From contig JAQGDQ010000127.1 of the NCBI GenBank assembly GCA_030141605.1, positions 124,001-188,000 on the forward strand: a stretch of 64,000 bases of DNA, given 5' to 3'. The stretch is from Tubiluchus corallicola (taxonomy: Eukaryota > Animalia > Priapulida). A program made the position numbers and the translations under genes. Shown here one piece after another: positions 59,000-64,000 of the stretch (its first letter is position 1; the number at the start of each line of letters is the position of its first letter). The notes under the pieces were generated by a model. It was not told the DNA's origin, did not search any database, and saw only the letters and a list, made by a program, of their open reading frames with translations.

Positions 59000-60029
59000 C
59001 ACGTTGTTTTATATCCCCCTAGATGCTTTCAGTGAAGCGCTAGCGGCCAGTTGCTGAATATTTCCGGTATCTGGAATTCGCCGTGCAGAGCGCGTTCTCT
59101 TTGCAAGTCGATGCAAAATCGTGCCCTAGTTTTTGCCGGCTGCAAAGTAACGCAGACGCCTGGCAAAGACAAACTGTTGTTTCGTTTTGGCGTGCGGTGT
59201 ATAAGCTAACCAGCTATATTAAGTAGAAGTAACAAATTCCGGTATTTACTTAACAGATAAAGAAACTACAGTTGAGATAAAGTAGGCCAGTTACACATTG
59301 ACAAACGGCATAAGCCTACTGTCGGATAATTTGGCATACAATTTCCTGTGCAGCTGAGATTAATAAGGAATGAGACGACTGCGTAGTTAGAGCTATAGTT
59401 ATTGTTTGTGTAACTATGCAAGTGCAATACAATCAAATATCCGTCACGTATGATAGATCAATGCACGCGGTGACAAGTTACTAAGCACACAAATGCTTGT
59501 GGCAAGTTCCTATCATGTTAATAGTTGTATATGTCTGACTTTATTCGAACCTTGCCTCTGCGCAGCTAATACAGAGTATCATTGATCAGCTGTGTTTAAA
59601 GTTGATAGCCATTCCGCGGTACGGACGAAATATCTTTAGACACGCAAGCTGTGCAAAAGCAGTCTCCAAATGTCACAAATTAAAAGAACAAACTGCATAA
59701 ACCAAAAAGCACGCAAGAATGCTTTGTACTAGTATTGATGGCAAGATAATTGAAATTTTCTGCGATATGTGCGATCTTGGATATCTAAATTCAACCTTGT
59801 TTACTCGTTGTAAATTATTATCGCCGAAACAATTTGGGGGACAGCGTGACGTCACGTTAGTAAAGATTTTGCGTAGAAGTTTAAAGCCACAACATATAGG
59901 TAATATAAGTAATGTGCGTGTTGCATGTGGCATATGGCATTCTAGATCATTACATGTTTTCCATTAGTTTATAAAACTCTTACACTGAACATCTACCGTG
60001 TCACGGGATCGAGTTGGAGATTTGGCACT

Positions 60030-60830
60030 GGCTTCTTTACTATTATATGATACTGGCAGCAGATTCAGCAGAAAATGCAAAATATGTTAGACATTTTAAG
60101 TGACTGGTGCCTAAAATGGAAAATGAAAATTAATCAGGGAGAAGCTTGAGTAGTGTATTTTACCCGAAGAAAAAGTGTTCCTCGAGCCGTGAACCTCGAC
60201 CTGTGTTCCTCGATCGAGTAGCTGGCATAAAAACGACTGGTAAATACAGGTGAATGAGCTTGTACTAACTGAGGTCTTGCCTTACCTTGCTGAAGTAGTA
60301 GCATAGTCAGCAACTAGAGTCTTGGGCTTGGCAACAGCTAAGTGTATAGCTCACAGGGACTACCTTGTCACTGCTTTTCTCATACGTTTGATGTGTTTGG
60401 TGCCACTAGAAACTATGAAGCTGCAAGCTCCAAAGAGTTTTCACGCATTTGTGCTGTCCAGTATCGAGCAAGTAGATTCTCTTTAATTAAAGTGAGTAAA
60501 TTCTCCAAATGCTGCTGCTGTGGATAATATAGGAAGGAAGTTGTGTGCTCAAAGAGTATGGTTATGTTTTTCATTATTGGGATCACATGACAAAGATTGA
60601 AGCAGAAGATTAAATAAAAGAGAAGTGCGCTTGTTAAATTTATGTTGCTCCAATTGGACTGGAAGCTAGAAAGTACGAAAGTTCACCTAGAGACCAAAGA
60701 CTATGCATGTAACAGCAATAGTATCGAGTCTGACTTGCACATTTTAACCGAATGTGAGCTTCGCCAACATATTAGCGTGATTTATATAAAAAGGCAATTG
60801 AGAAAAATGAATATTTTCGCACAATAAACA
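60030..60830 (+). mobile_element. highly decayed LINE ORF2 fragment
   Basis: MQNMLDILSDWCLKWKMKIN and AVQYRASRF resemble the post-RT region of non-LTR elements; many disruptions. Confidence 0.6.
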
Positions 60831-61307
60831 AAGTCGAGGAAATATGTTTTTTGCTAGCTTCAGATTTGATGGTTTATGAAACTGCAAGGGCCTGTAATAA
60901 AATATTGATCAGGAGGAGTCAGCTAATGTGTCATTGATGATTTCTTCACGCAGTGTTTTTGATGATTTTTTCACGCAGTGTTTTTTCTTTACGTCTCGTA
61001 ATTCAAAAATTCAGAGGTTTATTTTACCACTTTAATACAGTTTTTATTAAATAATTTTTAGGTACTGTATAAAATATTATAACGATGTGAGACTGAATAA
61101 TAAAATTGATTAAAAATAAAATAAAAAACTAATCCCTGCAAATCTCTCCCCTCGTATATCAATTAACAGCGTGGAGGTGCCGTCGGAGTCGTCATGAGTT
61201 TACTGGGTATCGAACTTCAAAATATTCTTAAGTGGTTTCGTCAAATCAATAAAATTATTGATGAAGCATGTAAACGTGTTTTCATGGTTTCTGTTCTAAA
61301 AAGGTGT

Positions 61308-61479
61308 AAGGTTGCTACCTCAGACCTAGAATTATTGTCCATCGATAAAGTTTTTACTATTATTATTCATTAAGGCTTTACTTAAAGTGGTGTTGAAACT
61401 TGATTGATGAACAATAATTCCAGGTCTAGAGCATAGATTTAAGTGTCGCATTTCAATCTATGGTCTGAGGTAGAACCTT
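61308..61479. repeat. composite palindromic MITE-like element
   Basis: Outer arms AAGGTTGCTACCTCAGACC / GGTCTGAGGTAGAACCTT; inner arms gaattattgt.catc / gatg.acaataattc; small hairpin catagatt / aatctatg. Confidence 0.7.
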
Positions 61480-61571
61480 CAGTTCTGCCTGCAACAGTTG
61501 CTTCACTACAGTGTTTTTCACTGTTTCACTTTTCTGTTTACAACCTTTTTATTTTTTATGCTTCTAATTGC

Positions 61572-61928
61572 TAGGGGTAAGCATTCTCTACCTTAATGTG
61601 AATCGAATCGAATTTGTGACTTTGGAACGTGAATCAGACCGAATTGCAGCATTTTCGGATGCGAATCGATTTGAGATTTAAGGATTTTCCAATAAGTTTT
61701 CAAATCACTAATAAAACGAATTAATAATAAAAATGCACATTAATTGATTTTGTTCTACATGCAGTAAAATTGTGCACAGAAATCGCAACTAAACTGTACT
61801 GATTGCATGATGCTTGAAAAGTTTCAATGATAAAAATCACAAAAACTTATATAGTTGAAGTGCTGATTCGAATCATATTTCAACTAAAAAAAACTCGTTC
61901 GAATTCGAATTTTCGATGCTAATCCCTG
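61572..61928. mobile_element. hAT MITE, 357 bp
   Basis: TIRs TAGGGGTAAGCAT / ATGCTAATCCCTG; 8-bp TSD CTAATTGC / CTAATTAC (7/8); CGAAT/ATTCG subterminal repeats. Confidence 0.8.
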
Positions 61929-62269
61929 CTAATTACCATTGTTGTATTTTCAGCTATGATTATGACTTGTGAGGATAAAACTGAATTTTGACCATTGTAC
62001 GACTAAATTGGACGTGTCGACATCAAGTATAACTGAATGTCTCCTGCGACAGAAAACTTCAGTCTGCGTATGAAATTTGTAATGTAAAGAAACGGAGACT
62101 CTAGCGATTTGCATGACGACTTTAACTTCCTATAATGAATTTTGCATTTCATTTCGAAACGGACGAAGTGTAAACCAAACCTTAGATATTGAAATTGCAA
62201 AAACATTCTCAGTTATAAAAACCAACTTAGATGAATTCATACTAGGTGATTATACTGCACTATAGTTGT

Positions 62270-62465
62270 ATCATTTGTTGCTGCTTTGTTATTTATTGCA
62301 ACTGACAGTGTTGATGCTGCTGTTGTTGCTGCTGCTGCTGCGGCTACTGCTACTACGTTATTATAGTGTTATCGTTAGTGTTGCACAGCTTGCTGTTTGT
62401 TATTGTGGTTGTCGATTTTTGCTGCTGTTGTTGCTGTTGTTGCTTTTGCTGCTGTTATTGAATAG
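62270..62465. repeat. degenerate (TGC/TGT)n low-complexity tract
   Basis: Direct reading. Confidence 0.85.
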
Positions 62466-63435
62466 TTATTGATGTTCCTGTTGTTGACCCCAGAGGTACT
62501 GCCTGAAAAATTCCTAAAGGAGACGGAAGAGGTATTAGTGTGCCCCAAAAATCATTCCATACAAAGTTATATTACTTAGTATTACGCTTAGCTGTTTGAA
62601 AGTCTTATAGTATTGGAAAAGAAAATTCTTAACAACTGCATCACCATCTTAGTGTGCACCCCTGATTCACAAACAAAAACACCTTATTGACATAATTGAC
62701 TATATAAAGTAAATTGACAATTTAAACTTTTTGTTAGTTAGAAGAGTGTGTTTCGAAGGTTCTGATTATTTTTTTCAAACTGTACGCAATGTTATCTAAA
62801 ACTGTCGAAGGACTTTTACCGTTGAAATGGGTGCGATTAATGATCCTCTCGGGAGTTTAAATTAACAAGTTTATGCAGTTTTAATGCTGTCCAATGGTTT
62901 CTTATGCGTTAAAAATTCGCGAATGTGACTGATTTGCTGATTTTTGGCTAAGAAAAAGATTTACGCTATTGTTTTGAGCTAATAGCACATGCTTTGTAGA
63001 CTGCTTGACATTTTTAAATGAAAATTTGTCATGTTGCTTGGATTAATAGATCTGGTTTCACAACGTAATTATTGACAATCCTTAATTGCGTTTAAATACT
63101 ATAATGTAACTTTGCATGGAAAGTTCTTTTGGATATACTTTTGAATTCCCCCTTTAAAGTGCAAAAAAAAACCCTTACTTACATAAAGTTAGAGAAATTC
63201 GACTTGAAATTTTACATCACCTACATACGCCTTATTGCACACAGAGCTTGTATTAGCTGCGATGCCGTATAAAACTTCAAAATTTAAATTCCCGCGATGA
63301 CTGCTATGCAGGGTAGGATTATCCTATAATTATAATACAGGTGCAGCCTAGAGACTGAAGCTTGTGGGCCGTCAAGCTTTGGTATCAATTAATTGGTAAA
63401 AAATTTGGTTTTGCAATAACTAGTAATTATTGGCA

Positions 63436-63747
63436 TTAAATTTCTTAAAAAAACATTAGATCTTTTTATAAATGAAAGATAGCTAATCTATAGTTTACAT
63501 AAAGATTCCGCAATAAGTTTAATTCAAGCTATTCAAATATTGTTTATCTAAAATATATTACGGGAAACTGCAGACGAGTTAGAGGGTCAATTAATTTTCT
63601 TAAAAAACATTAGATTTCTTTTATCTATAAACGAAATATAGCTATTGTATAGTTTATATAAAGAATTTGTAATAAGTTTAATTCAAGTTATGCAAATGCT
63701 GTCTAGCTAAAATATATTGCCAGTAACTGCAGGCGAGTTAGAGGGTG
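63436..63747 (+). repeat. two diverged tandem ~155-bp units
   Basis: Both begin ttaa.tttcttaaaaaacattaga and end aactgcag.cgagttagagggt. Confidence 0.85.
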
Positions 63748-64000
63748 ACTCTGTCTGAAGCCAAGGGGTCCCAATAATTTCAATAGCCTAGGGGCCAAAA
63801 AAGCCATATACTACACTTCACTAACTAAGCAAAAGTATAGATTAATGCACCTTGTGGATAAGCTTAAAAATGGAAAGTCAGGCACTGTCAGTGGTGCACA
63901 CTGGCAAGATGAATAAGTGACATAACCAGTTGGCTCAAACATTTTAAATTACTGAGAGTTTTCTGTTCTAGTTACATAAGTCAAACAAGCAGGTAAGCGT

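Noticed and set aside
62266-62472. Leu-rich signal-peptide-like ORF
   Set aside because: Low-complexity TGC/TGT tract

Overview
AT-rich metazoan (invertebrate-like) genomic DNA with two convergent, intron-containing membrane-transport genes. (1) Plus strand: an SLC26A11-like anion/sulfate transporter. I reconstructed 17 coding exons from 14213 to the stop at 28722, all GT-AG and phase-consistent, plus two candidate alternative coding first exons (4833-4906 and 11280-11311); the protein is about 711 aa with the proximal one. (2) Minus strand: an AQP8-like aquaporin with 6 coding exons (58999 to 37669, 286 aa, two NPA motifs, ar/R filter H/I/A/R) and a 17.5-kb first intron. The rest is introns and intergenic DNA with hAT and Tc1/mariner MITEs, a non-autonomous Helitron, an LTR-like element, three decayed LINE reverse-transcriptase fragments, a 5S-derived SINE remnant, a Penelope-like inverted repeat with a degenerate hammerhead motif, hairpins and microsatellites. 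The most unusual signal is inside aquaporin intron 1: same-strand segments that translate into decayed AQP8-like exon sequences. The best is at 57511-57701 and ends at the same phase-2 donor position as the real exon 1. This suggests either a variable-first-exon array or a collapsed tandem AQP8 cluster. All alignments were made by eye and need computational confirmation. The species cannot be determined.
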